Position numbers and translations under genes: made by a program. The notes beneath the pieces were generated by a model, which made no database searches, was not told the origin of the DNA, and was given only the letters and a program-made list of their open reading frames with translations. A stretch of 64,000 nucleotides of DNA from Octopus sinensis (lineage: Eukaryota), in the NCBI RefSeq assembly GCF_006345805.1, contig NC_043019.1, forward strand, positions 6,881,360 through 6,945,359, read 5' to 3'. Below, in pieces: positions 50,161 to 64,000 of the stretch (position 1 is the first letter of the stretch; the number at the start of each line of letters is the position of its first letter).

Positions 50161-50510
50161 TATTGTTTTTATTGCCGCTGTTCTTGTTCTTTTTTTCCTC
50201 TCTCTGTAAACTCTAGGGCGTATAATCTTTTCTGCAGGACGCTGGATACGATCAGGGTTGCGAGACAGCTTTTGATGTATTTTTGTTTCGTTTAATTTAC
50301 AAGTTTGAATTTTTTTATGTATATTTTCTGTCGGGGCTGTTCTTGCATAAATATATAGTTATAGTCTGCGAAGTTATAAAGTTATTTCGATGGAGGTAGA
50401 GCCTTTCGTAACAATAATGGTTTCCAATTCTAGAAGAAGACCAACAATTTTAGAACATGGGTTATTTGTTCACATTTACACCAGTCTTTAACTGATATTT
50501 CTTTTATAAG

Positions 50511-50643
50511 TTGCGGCTATAACCTCTTTCGTAATAGACATAAATCACAGAAAAAGGAAAACTGCCTGATCATCCTGACCAAAGAAAACCGGCAGAACTA
50601 TCTTCCGGATCTGTCCTATGTGCTGTGCAAAATAACCTCCCAA
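50511..50643 (+). CDS. Candidate 133-nt exon or decayed LINE ORF1 segment
   Basis: tttcttttataag| ... CAA|GTAAGT, open only in phase 2 (CGYNLFRNRHK..VLCKITSQ). The acceptor lies in an antisense SINE A tail. Confidence 0.25.
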
Positions 50644-51550
50644 GTAAGTTATGCTCGGTTACGGTACGATCAGAACGGTTTTATACTCCTGTACCCACCT
50701 CGAGCAGGAACAGCTGACGACACAACCATGTATATATAGAACTGGCAAATGACCCCCGATACACTGCCAGGCCAGAATTTTCTGGATGTTTTCCATGGTC
50801 TCTGTCCCGCGTTACCTTACAGAAATAATGAGCCTGTTGAATTCCATTGTTACCCATGGGCTTCCCTGCGTACGTCTCTCTCAAACCCGACACTGATATT
50901 CTGTATAACATTGCTTGACCTGCAGAGGTTTAGGAGCGTCTAACCGCCCTGCCTTGGTCTACAATTCATCTATGACTGCAGCCCAGGTAAATAAGCAAAC
51001 TGCGGAAAAGAGCGTCTAACCACACCTGTTCGTCGTCGATGAAACGCTTGAACTATTGCAGCTTGAGTGCATGCATGCGTATCATTAGCCACGGCAGTCC
51101 CTCTCTTTCACTCACCGGAGGTTGGCAGCAAACTACCATCTGAAAAATTGAACATGCTCCCTTGTTATCATCATCATCAATATTATAATTATTGTTGTAA
51201 TCATCATCATATTATAATTACTGTTGTAATTATCATTATTATTGCTAATGTTGTTATTGCCGCTGGTGTTGTTCTTTTTCCCCCTTTAGACTCTATCGGA
51301 TCCATATCTAGCGACGAAATCTCGTGGAACCAGCCGCCATATTTCCACGAGGATCGTTGGCCGCATGCATTTATGCTAACCACCCTTATGCTCACAATAC
51401 TGGTCAAAACGTATAGAAAATAAAGAAACAGGTAAACAGGTTGTTGGGTCTTGAAACTGTTCACATTGTCGAACGAAGATGTTAACAAAATTCCTTTACT
51501 CACGACGATAAACATAGGATAATTCATTCACCTATTTAAATATATATATA

Positions 51551-52045
51551 TACTCTTTTACTTGTTTCAGTCATTTGACTGCAGCCATGCTGGAGCACCG
51601 CCTTTAGTCGAGCAAATCGACCCCGGGACTTATTCTTTGTAAGCCCAGTACTTATTCTATCGGTCTTTTGCCGAACCGCTAAGTGACGGGGACGTAAACA
51701 CACAAGCATCGGTTGTCAAGCAATGCTAGGGGAACAAACACAGACACACAAACACATACACTTATATATATATACATATATACGTTGTATGTGTGTATGT
51801 GTGTATGTGTGTATGTGTGTATGTGTCTACGTATGTATGTATGTATAAACACCAGCGCGCACACAAACAAGTATTTACGTACGGTAAACGTTGTGTGGTT
51901 TCCTCCCAGAAGATTCATTCACACAGAATAGCTCAGCCCAGGAATATAGTATATGATACTTGCCCACGGTGGTGCCACGCAATGAGACGAAAGCCAAAAC
52001 AACATGGTTCCCAAGCGAATTTCTTATTCACACCGCCATGCACAC
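51551..52045 (-). mobile_element. SINE family B (young-looking tail, degenerate head)
   Basis: gtttcagtcatttgactgcagccatgctggagcaccgcctttagtcgagcaaatcgacccc. Confidence 0.9.
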
Positions 52046-52676
52046 ATCTATATCCACATAAACGTCGACTAAATTCTACAATTTTATTCACTTCCCAAAC
52101 CTATTCAGCCCCACGCCGTCAATTCAACTGAAGACCTCTTCCAATAACGTATTTGTTTTCCATATATATTCCTGCAAAATACGATAAAATATATTGCCAG
52201 AACCTAATTATTCTATTTGTTTATATGTAGATGTATCAATGTTTAAGATCTTCCTTATACATTAATCTCACACTTGTCTTCTTTTTTTTTTCTTATTACT
52301 CATTGAATTGCTATTGTATTATCTGTTTTCAATCTTCACATTCTAAGATCTTTGTCTTTATACTAAATTTTTCCACTTCTTTTGAAGGTATTTTGTTTTA
52401 AACTGGTGATATATTTTGTCTGCCAGTCATGGCCGTGTTTACACGCGAAATCAACCCCTCCTCCACCAACCACACACGCTCGTATATTACTATTAATTCA
52501 CACATGTACGCTCAATATAAGAGCGTATTAAAAATTTTGTAAATGTATATTTGTATGTACGTATCGACATCCAATATATATAAAATAATACGTATGTATG
52601 TATATATATATAAATATATATATGTATGTATATATATATACATATGTATATATAAATATATACATATGTATATAAA

Positions 52677-52724
<48 letters not shown>

Positions 52725-52774
52725 ATATACATACATACATACATACATATATATATACACATACATATATTATA

Positions 52775-52807
<33 letters not shown>

Positions 52808-52850
52808 ATATGTATATATATACATACATAACATACATACATATATATAT

Positions 52851-52907
<57 letters not shown>

Positions 52908-52910
<3 letters not shown>

Positions 52911-53927
52911 TCTTGTCTTTGCGTGAGCGTAGGCAGATGTAATATGTGTGAATGTGTTTGAGTGTGGAAACTGTCTCTGCTAATTTGTACGTGTGTGTGT
53001 GCGTGTGTCTGTGTGTACGTGTGTGCGCGTGCGTGTGTCTGTCCGTGCGTGTGGCCTTTGTTTTATGTAGGTGTTGCACTTACCACAAAACATTTATCTC
53101 CTCCATAATAAGTCAAGTAATCTCATTTCAAGTAAATTTAATTTATTATTATGGACACGATAACCACGCTTCATTTTTAACATTAGGAACCGTCCCTTCT
53201 TCCCTACGCCCGTCTCCGATGTTTTCCAGTATGGCTGCCACTCTATAACCGCCATTTTTGTCACAACCGCAGAGGATTTCTCTGCTTTACAGATGCTATT
53301 TTTTTTCTTTTTTATGACGTAGTAAAATAAATACGAGGATGGTGATGGGGAAAAAAGAATAGAAGAGAGCAAAAACCAGAAGATTATAAAAATGGAACAA
53401 CGAGGCATTTCAGTGAGTCAAACTACATTCATACATACAAACATAAATACTATGAACATTAAATACATACAGAGATCTGTTCATACCTACATACATACAC
53501 GTGCACATACATACATACATACATGCATACATACTCACATGCATGAATACATACATATAAATTTATATTCACATGCACACATACCACACATACATACATA
53601 CATGTGTGTATATACATCTACATACACATATACGTCTATACTTATAAATATAAGCAGGCGCTTAAAATTAGAATGTGAAGAAAATAAAACTGGTGATCTA
53701 AACGAATAGGTACGTTGAATAAATGCTATAGTTGGTCATCCCTAAAGTTCGTATGTGGGTTAAAAGCTATATATATATGTATATTTACAAATATTCTATA
53801 ATTATGTTTATAATTATAGAATATCTGTATAATTTTACTTAAAATGGTTATTGTAACGTACAGAATTACTTGGTATAATTATCAATTATTAATTAATTAA
53901 TTACGTTTACCCTTTTATTATTACTGG

Positions 53928-53975
<48 letters not shown>

Positions 53976-54032
53976 ATATTTCGGAATGGTTATTTTGCCA
54001 GTTTAGCCAATATATACAAATATAGATACAAT

Positions 54033-54100
<68 letters not shown>

Positions 54101-54104
54101 ATAT

Positions 54105-54170
<66 letters not shown>

Positions 54171-55964
54171 TGGACACATGTGTGTGTATGTGGTGTGTGT
54201 GTGTGTGTAAAGCATATTGTAAAATTATGAACAGGGTAAATTTTTGGCCATTTTGCCGCAGACTGAAAATATGATGAACAACCTTAATCGATTTGCGAAC
54301 TTTATATACACATTATATATACGTATGCATGCATGTATGTATGTATGTATGTATGCATGTATGTATGTATGTACATATACACTTATGTATGTATGCATAA
54401 TTAAACGGTGAAATGAGTAATCCATCATAAGAAAAATCTTCGACCAAGATTCTAACAGCTAAGGTAACGCTTTGCAAAAATATCCAGCTCGTTTCCAAAC
54501 TTATAAAGTTAATGTCGGGTAAGAATAATCGGTGGGAAACAAGAGAAAAAGTCAGCTCAGTGAAATGGTTTTTGAGAGCGCACTAAAACACATGGCGGGC
54601 ACCTGAAACTAAACTGTCTGATTTCCCTTAGAAAACTGTTTACACAAAAACTGCTGACTGTATATTTTGAGTAAATGTATTTCACACATTTTGCAACGAG
54701 TAGATACACGAAAATCTGTATACATACATACATATATACACACATACATGCGACATATATCTATACATATATATACATACACCCACACACACCACAACAG
54801 CACACCACACACACACACACACACAACTCATATATATATATATGTATATATATACATACATACATACATACATATTATATATACACATACATATATATAT
54901 ATATATCTATATATATATATATATATATAATATATATATCTGTCTTGTCTTTGCGTGAGCGTAGGCAGATGTAATATGTGTGAATGTGTTTGAGGGTGGA
55001 AACTGTCTCTGCTAATTTGTACGTGGTGTGGTGCGTGTGTCTGTGTGTAGTGTGTGCGCGTGCGTGTGTCTGTCCGTGCGTGTGGCATTTTTTTTATGTA
55101 GGTGTTGCACTTACCACAAAACATTTATCTCCTCCATAATAAGTCAAGTATCTCATTTCAAGTAAATTTAATTTATTATTATGGACACGATAACCACGCT
55201 TCATTTTTAACATTAGGAACCGTCCTTCCCTACGCCCGTCTCCGATGTTTTCCAGTATGGCTGCCACTCTATAACCGCCATTTTTGTCACAGCCGCAGAG
55301 AATTTCTCTGCCTTTACAGATGATTTTGTTTTCTTTTTTATGACGTAGTAAAATAAATACGAGGATAGTGATGGGAAAAAAGAATAGAAGAGAGCAAAAA
55401 CCAAGAAGATTATAAAGTGGAACAACGAGGCATTTCAGTGAGTCAAACCTACATTCATACATACAAACATACATACATATGAACATACATACATACAGAG
55501 ATCTGTTCATACATACATACATACATACATACATACACGTGCACATACATACATACATACATGCATACATACTCACATGCATGAATACATACATATAAAC
55601 ATTTATATTCACATGCACACATACCACACATACATACATACATGTGTGTATATACATCTACATACACATATACGTCTATACTTATAAATATAAGCAGGCG
55701 TTAAAATTAGAATGTGAAGAAAATAAAACTGGTGATCTAAACGAATAGGTACGTTGAATAAATGCTATAGTTGGTCATCCCTAAGTCGTATGTGGGTTTA
55801 AAAGCTATTATATATGTATATTTACAAATATTCTATAATTGATGTTTATAATTTAGAATATCTGTATAATTTTACTTAAAATGGTTATTTGTAACGTACA
55901 GAATTACTTGGTATAATTATCAATTATTAATTATTAATTACGTTTACCCTTTTATTATTACTGG

Positions 55965-56004
<40 letters not shown>

Positions 56005-56054
56005 ATATTTCGGAATGGTTATTTTGCCAGTTTAGCCAATATATACATATATAG

Positions 56055-56135
<81 letters not shown>

Positions 56136-56835
56136 GTATATATATATATATATATATATACATATATGGACACATGTGTGTGTATGTGGTGGTGTGTGTG
56201 TGTGTGTAAAGCATATTGTAAAATTATGAACAGGGTAAATTTTTGGCCATTTTGCCGCAGACTGAAAATATGATGAACAACCTTAATCGATTTGCGAACT
56301 TTATATACACATTATATATACGTATGCATGCATGTATGTATGTATGTATGCATGTATGTATGTATGTACATACACTTATGTATGTATGCATAATTAAACG
56401 GTGAATTGAAATGAGTAATCCATCATAAGAAAAATCTTCGACCAAGATTCTAACAGCTAAGGTAACGCTTTGCAAAAATATCCAGCTCGTTTCCAAACTT
56501 ATAAAGTTAATGTCGGGTAAGAATAATCGGGTGGGAACAAAGAAAAAGTCAGCTCAGTGCAATGGTTTTGAGAGCGCACTTAACACATGGCGGGCACCTG
56601 AAACTAAACTGTCTGATTTTCCCTTAGAAAACTGTTTACATCAAACTGCTGACTGTATATTTTGAGTAAATGTATTTATACACATTTTGCAACGAGTAGA
56701 TACACGAAAATCTTGTATACATACATACATATATACACACATACATGCGACATATATCTATACATATATATACATACAACCCCCCCCCCCCACACACACA
56801 CACACTCATATATATATATATGTATATATACATAC
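52908..56835. repeat. ~2.0-kb tandem duplication (52908-54860 resembles 54938-56835)
   Basis: Collinear non-microsatellite blocks at offsets of 2032 decreasing to 1996, with the junction in a TA/CA microsatellite. Confidence 0.95.
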
Positions 56836-56858
56836 ACACGCACACATAAGTGTATACA

Positions 56859-56905
<47 letters not shown>

Positions 56906-57355
56906 TATATATATATAACACACACATATGTATTTATTTATCCACACATGTGAGGTGGGCTAGCTGTGCGTGAATTGGGATGACGGCATGTGTGTCAGCG
57001 GCGCATTAGTCAGCGTTTTCTTTATGTATCAAGTATGATGCAATTTGCTAACGTTATTTTCCTTCAAAACATATGCCTCGTAGTGAAAAGTAAAGAACGA
57101 TGGAAATACTTTTATAAAGATATTCTACACCAAGATCAACAGTTGGATAGTCATTATCTGCTAAAGATCTAACTAGCCTTGAAACAAGTCTCCGCTATCA
57201 AAGTTCGATCGACACGAGATGTGATAATCTTGACGTTCCTTGCTTTTCAAAACTATATTTTTACCTCAAGTAGATATATATATATAATAATATAACATAC
57301 TACATACATACATACATACCTACATACATATACCTATATATACATACACATATAT

Positions 57356-57409
<54 letters not shown>

Positions 57410-57520
57410 CTATTCATATATGTATATATATATATTATATATGAACGTATATGTATACGCGTCTGTATGTATATATACACATTATACACACGCATATGCA
57501 TATATTATACATACACACAC

Positions 57521-57572
<52 letters not shown>

Positions 57573-58099
57573 CTTACGTACATATGTGTTTATAAATACA
57601 TACATACATATAAAATTTTTAGTAGAAGATAATAATTACGGTTATCAGTAATTCACATGCAAATAAACGAAATCATGCTTCCAGTGATATATAAGATGGG
57701 ATTGGGCGGAATGCGTTGTTCCATTCCTGTACCTTTGAGATCACTAAACACATAAATATATTGAAAGAGCTGAAGTAAGAAAGAACAATAACAATGATAA
57801 AATGTAAATGGAGTAAGACATTCCATTCGAATATATATTATGAAGACATGACATAAAACCATAAGAAACGTGTATGCGTTTTAAGATACATGTATTTCAG
57901 GGAGAATAAAAATTGCAAATAAAGTGCAGCGATATGAGATATCATGAAAGTTGACAACCTACGGCCGTTTCAGAAAATATTAAGGTGTTCTAGGAACTGT
58001 CCGTATTCAACTCCGTATTCAGATTCATCTTAACTTTGGATAGTCCTGCACCTATTTTGTCATTTCTGTTTTGAATTATTTAATCATTCGGCGTGTACC

Positions 58100-58345
58100 C
58101 ACCAATAGGAATAGGAAACTGAGAAAACTGGAGTTAGCTAATCGGTTTTGCTCACTGAAGGTCATAAAGCCTTGCAACGTCTCATATCACGTGTAGAAGA
58201 GAATGCAGGAAAGTTTAGTCTGAGAATCAGATCGGAGAAAACCGAAACAATGGAGGTTACAAATGATATCAGTGAAGCAACAACAGTCCTTAAAATCGAT
58301 CAGCAAAATATCGATACAGTCGACAGATTCGCCTAACTGGGTAAG
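58100..58345 (+). mobile_element. RTE-clade reverse transcriptase fragment
   Basis: LRKLELAN/VLLTEGHKALQRLISRVEENAGKFSLRIRSEKTETM...VDRFA*LG matches RT domains 5-7 of the RTE type. Confidence 0.7.
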
Positions 58346-58419
58346 TCATGAATGAAATTTGCAAAGTTTCAGCCGAGTTCCAGAGAATGGGCACAAGATA
58401 AATTTAACTTATCAAGCCA

Positions 58420-58641
58420 TGCCAAGCTCATTAGGGCCGGTTTCCCGGTTCCATGGCGTCTATCCCCCCCGCCCCTAGAAAGGTCGCCTGTCCGTCGCAG
58501 GATTACACATTTTTCACAAGTAATTGTAGGGGAGCACGTGTTTTCTTTCAAGAAAACATCACGTCACCCGGTCCAGGAATCGAAACCACTTTTTTACTAT
58601 TATAAGTCCAGCAGCCTAACAACCAACCCACGCGCCTCCAC
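58420..58641 (-). mobile_element. tRNA-derived SINE family E
   Basis: Minus tggaggcgcgtgggttggttgttagg..gtggtttcgattcctggaccgg head. Confidence 0.75.
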
Positions 58642-59204
58642 AAAGAATGAGCACAACGTGGTGCGCCGACAACATCTGCTTACACACGAATTGGTTCTCT
58701 CTTTCAGCATCGCAATTTCACAGAAAAATACCAAGAGTGTAATTTAAATATGGGGTCCTTTGTTTTTTAAGACAATGGATACTGATTTGAAGGCGCCTTA
58801 TGTTCCATTTCTGGTTATACGTCTACATCTATGGACCAGGATTTATCAAACTGGACACAATAGGAATCTGGGTGTTCCACGGATTCTGAAGCATATAATT
58901 CTTAGGCTTCACAAAATATATCCTTATGATAAAACATCTTCAAATCAACCCACTGTGTTCTTCATAAATTTGTTATACTCTAGTATGGCTGAAGCCTCCC
59001 GGTGTAAACTCAGTTCCGGCAATTTTCTTGGAAAGGTTTTAATAACATCGGATCTGGTGCTTCACTGAAATTTTATTTTATCGACTCAAAGAGATGAAAG
59101 ATTAAAGTCGAATTTGAACTTAGACTGAAGTATCGGAAGACATACTGAATTATGCCTGATCGCCAAAGCTTTCAGACTTTTGTCTCGTTTCCAGTTAATG
59201 CACA

Positions 59205-59405
59205 TAGCCAGAAGTTTTGAGACGACGGAATTGGGCGAATAGATCCATCGCACTTACTTGACTGCTATTATATTTTACCGACGCTGTAAGAATAAAATGT
59301 AGAGCTGACGTCGGCTGTATTTGAACTAAGAGTAAGGTTCTGGAAAAAAAATACTACGAAGCCATTATTGTTTTCCGACGTTTTAACAATTCTGCCATCC
59401 AGCCG
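59205..59405 (-). mobile_element. SINE family A, highly diverged
   Basis: gtcggctgtatttgaactaagagtaa..ttaacaattctgccatcc. Confidence 0.55.
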
Positions 59406-60384
59406 TATGATTAATAACGCAAGATAAACAATAATTTCTTCTTTTTTTTCTATATATATTTTTTGGCCTCACTTTTAAATGCATAGGATTGTTTTGAACT
59501 TTCCATGCAAAAATATATTAGTGATATTTTTTTTCTTTTATATATATTTGATCTCATGTCACGAACTCAAAATAGAAAATAGAAACGGAACAAAAAACAA
59601 AAAAAAAAAACAAGGAAAAAAAACAAGATGGAGAACGACTAGTTTAGAAAGTATTTCTGGAGAAGTGATTGGTTGTTTTACTATATTATTCGATGCATAG
59701 TAGTCGGCAACTGACGTTTAAACTATTATATTATTTACGTAGTTTTGTTTTGTAAAAGAAGGAGGTGTCCATTGATTGATCTCGTTCGGCAAGACGCAGA
59801 CATTAGCGTTTCTACGTTTAAATCAGAGCTTTAGAACGATCGTTGCCTTTTATATTGCTTCAGTTCTTCCGTGTCCAATCTAGCAGGATAATTACAATGG
59901 ACAGGGTTATGTCTCTATTGTTTTATTTCCTATTGTTTGGGTTTCACTTTGATTTCACCGGAATCTGTTGTTATTTTGTATTTGGTTTTGGTTTGTTTGT
60001 AAATTTGTTCTTTCATACCTTTCTATTGTTTTGTCCTTATCAAAACCATTTTCTCTATGTAATTAGTTTATACCTTGTAATGTATTGTTTGTCTTTTATT
60101 CATAAATAGAGAAAAAGAATTTTTGCTTTTTCATGTTCTCTTAATATATTAATCAGTTTAATATGAATTGCTTTCCAAGTATTATTGTTTTCCTAAACTC
60201 AGGGTGAATACTTTCTAATAATCGTTTATTTGTCTCATATTTTCCCACATGGGAGAATCCCTTTTGTCTGTTTCATAACTATGAGTTCGGAACATAAAGA
60301 AGAGGTACCTAATGCTCCTTTCTAGGCCCTTCAAATCAATTAACCTCCAATTTATTAAGTTAAAGTTCTGATAATTAAATTGGA

Positions 60385-60570
60385 TAAGGCGACGAGCTTA
60401 GCGACATTTCACCCGTCTTTATGTTCTGAGCTCAAATTCCGCTGTGGTAGACTTCACATTTCATTATTTCAAGGTCGATGAAATAAATACCTGTCGAGCA
60501 TTTGGGTCGATCTAATCGGCTTACGCTCTTCCCAAAATTGTTAGCGTTGTGCCAAAATTTGAAACTAATA
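60385..60570 (+). mobile_element. SINE family A with head deletion
   Basis: gttctgagctcaaattccgctgtggtagact..gtgccaaaatttgaaac. Confidence 0.8.
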
Positions 60571-60796
60571 TTTCTAAGAAGGTGATCCAACAGAACCGTA
60601 AGCAAAGCCAGAAACGATTACCTTGTGTATTCGGTTAAGTTCTTTACATCATGCGTTCAAATCTCGTCGAGTTATCCTTATCTATCATTCTTCATGTGTC
60701 GTAAAGTCATAGAATTAGTCAAGTACTGGAGTGCATCACATGGAGAAGCTTCCATCCCTTAATGAATTACTAAACATGAGTAAATAAAGATCATTG

Positions 60797-61010
60797 AAGC
60801 GGTAAACTGGCAGACACGTTAGCACACGGGAGAAAATGTTTAGCGCCATTTCGTCCGTCTTTACGATCTGATTACAAATTGTGTCAGGGTAACCTTGCTT
60901 TTATCCGTTCGGGGTCGAGGAAATAAGTGCCACTCGAGCTCTTGGGGGGCCTTGTAATCGATTATCCCCCTCCCCACAAATTTCAGACAATGTGCCTGCA
61001 ATAGATAAAT
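60797..61010 (+). mobile_element. SINE family A
   Basis: ctggcagacacgttagcac..atttcgtccgtctttacg..ggggtcgaggaaataagt. Confidence 0.8.
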
Positions 61011-61579
61011 TTAATAGTTCAATGACGCCAGCAAAATTAAGTCATCCGAAAACTGTACCTTAGGTATTTGTTCCGGTTGTTTAAATTACCGAGTTCAAAT
61101 TCCCACAACCTCAATTTAACCCTGTTATTCCTCTGTACGATTTGTTGATGATGTTGTCGATGATGTTTTTTTATTCAATTAGCAAACAATATTAGTATGA
61201 TGTCAGTTTTAATCTTCGTCGAGCGTTTGATAATGAAATGTTTGAGCGTCAGAAAAATTCATTCTGCTACGTGTAACTAAGATCCATTATATTCGGTGTT
61301 CAATTCCTGCCGAGACCAATCATGTATTTTATGCTTCATGTGTCAATGAAAAGTAAAAAGCCTGTCAAGTATTCCAGTCAATATAATTGACTTTTCTTTC
61401 TTCAATGATTGTGACACAGGCCAGCAATACTTAAAACCTCGGTAATTAAGCCTATGGATGGTTCTATTGATTTATTTCCACCATTTCAATTTATATCATT
61501 TCCGTTGTTCTCAAAGTAATTTTTTGTCTAATTCCTATAGGTATTTTGATGTCTCTGTTGTCTGTATACATATAGCCTT

Positions 61580-62160
61580 AGGCATGGTTTTATGGTTAAG
61601 AAGCGCCATTTACGCCCTTGTGGTTCCGAGTTCAGGCCCTCTACACAATTACCTGGGCAATTGTTTCTGACTATAGCCTCAGGCCGATGCATGCTTTACG
61701 AATGAAGACAGTAGGCGGAAAATGTGTGGAGGTCTGTCGGATGCAGGAATCCCTCGATTATCGCGGGTGTTAAATTCCAAAACGCTCCGCGATAGATGAA
61801 AATCTGTGGAGTAGAAATAACACTGTATTGTATGGTTCTTTCATTATTCTTATAATTTGCATATATTTATTTTATTATAAATGCTAAACAAGATAACATA
61901 ATCGACGTAAGCTTAAATAATATACAGCGATATGTCCATTCCAACATCGCTTGACAACCGATGTTGTTTTGTTTCCGTGCTTGTAACAAATACAACGGTT
62001 AGGCAAATGTGACCGATATAATAAGAAAGTATCTGATCTTAAAAAATCAGTATTGGAGTCGATTTATACGACTAAAAAATAACTACTGGTGTCGATTTAT
62101 CCAAGGCGTTGCGTTGCCAAAACATGGCTTCAGTCTAATGGCTAAAGGAAGTAAACGCGG
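61580..62160 (+). mobile_element. SINE family B, diverged and interrupted
   Basis: Head at 61580-61745. The caacatcgcttgacaaccgatg body and tail lie at 61935-62160. Confidence 0.7.
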
Positions 62161-62551
62161 AAAACAAAAGATAAAAGATTGTGTTGTATAATTTCCAGTG
62201 GGACATTGTTTATTGCACATAATTTTAAAGAATCCATACAAAGGATGCTACATAATACTGATCTCATAGAAAAGGCAGCAGAGTTTTAGGTTTTAATTAA
62301 GCACATTTGTTAATGTCGTCTTATCTAAACAGGTGAGGGAATATTGCCTAGGCGCCATATTGAAAGGCCCCAATGGGAGTGCGATTGATTTGCCTTCAGA
62401 TTTTCCATTATGATATGATTCTATTCCTGTTTAGGATGATTATGTTTCTTTTCAGTTCGATGTGCTTGTATGGTTTCATGTCACTTGTATGGCACCTAGG
62501 TTATGTGTGTGTCGGGTTCTTCAATATTCACCAATCACTACACACACACAC

Positions 62552-62737
<186 letters not shown>

Positions 62738-62887
62738 AATATATATATATAAAAGAATAAAATAATGTATATATATAATTTTAAATATAGGGTAAAAATT
62801 AAATATTCATTTTTTACTATCGCCAGAGTAACAAAGTGTCCGTAGACTGCAAATATTATTTTATTATATATGTGTATAAATTTTATT

Positions 62888-63019
62888 CACTAAGTGAAAG
62901 ACACTAAGTAGTTTTCCATCGCGCTAGAAATGCCAAAATAAGAATATCTTTTTCGTGGTTTGGGATTTAACTCCCATTTCTAGCGTGATGGAAAACCACT
63001 TAGTGGCTTTCCCTCAGTG
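62888..63019. repeat. 45-bp inverted repeat with 42-nt spacer
   Basis: Arms 62888-62932 and 62975-63019 match at 40/45 positions. Confidence 0.9.
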
Positions 63020-63465
63020 TGTAACACACATGCACACGTATAACGTGTATATATATATAAACTTATATACGTATGCATATGCATGAATAGGTATATATAT
63101 ATATATGTATGTGTGTGTGTATGTGTGTTCGTGTGTATTTAAGAATATAGTCTATACATGTTTCTATCCATTTATCTCATACACCATTATATCTCTTTAA
63201 ATCTGTACCTTTACCAATATGTTCGCTTATCTCTCGCATATTTCCCCCGTCTCTCTGTGTTTCCGTTTCCTTATCTCTTCGTGTAAATGCCTAAGCATAT
63301 GGCTATCTACCAAAGCCATGTACTAGCCTGCCATTCTCAGGTATCAGCTCGGCCTAGTCGCTACCAAATTACTAAATACATTGCCTCCGGCATATCTAAA
63401 TATCTTATGTTCTAGGTAACACGATGTGTTGCCAGATATGTTATTGTTTCTCTCCATTCACTTAC

Positions 63466-63590
63466 AATAAAGTCTATGTAATGGATTGTTTTTATAGCTT
63501 GCTGTTCGATTCTAAATGGAAGCCACTGCATGGCTGATATAGTAACGATAATAAGCAAATGAGAAACGAAACTCTCTGTAGTCCACAGAC
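63466..63590 (-). CDS. Candidate 125-nt internal exon
   Basis: Minus ttttcagcag| ... ATT|GTAAGT, with one through-reading frame (LWTTESFVSHLL..HYIDFI). No homology recognised. Confidence 0.25.
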
Positions 63591-64000
63591 CTGCTGAAAA
63601 TACCCACGAGATTTCCTTCGAGTTATTCGCTAACATTTTAAAAAAGGTAGCACACACTGATTGGATGGAAACAGAATTGGCCACAAGGTTTCTCTAAAAC
63701 GAGGAGTCGAATTTTATATAGTAGGTCTAGAAAAATTCTACGATGAAATGGTCTCCGCTAGAATAATGGTAATTCAGGTATATTGAGGACTGGAATTAAG
63801 GAATAAGGAGAACGGCGTTGTAAAAATAAATCCAAATATGTAAAAATAAATCCAGATGCGAACGTGGTTACTGAGCTTGATAGGAACATGGTGCTGCATG
63901 TCTCTTCAATAATCACTTATTACAGAATGTTGGGAAATTTTAGATAATGTTTGTCGTAGATAAATTCTCAATAACAGCAGCAGCAGCAACAGGAGCAAGA

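Overview
AT-rich, repeat-saturated eukaryotic genomic DNA, most consistent with an octopod cephalopod. This is an inference from the very heavy (TA)n/(CA)n/(TAGA)n/(TAA)n load and from tRNA-headed SINEs resembling the Octopus OK/OR-type families. I recognise no host protein-coding gene. Almost all listed ORFs are microsatellite artefacts, and only a few weak exon or promoter candidates exist. The window holds about 25 SINE copies from about five families, a 2.2 kb 5'-truncated CR1-like LINE, R4/Dong-like LINE fragments in (TAA)n, RTE, mariner and hAT remnants, a 27-bp minisatellite, a ~2 kb tandem duplication and one 100-N gap. Three observations stand out. (1) Six minimal type-I hammerhead-ribozyme-like motifs of the Penelope-like-element kind lie between 4.1 and 16.2 kb, two with a C at core position 4. 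(2) A 3'-terminal hairpin co-varies across LINE and SINE tails. (3) Retroelement families are partitioned by microsatellite type, including a non-coding element found twice in tandem inside (TAA)n. SINE family labels A-E are my own working names.
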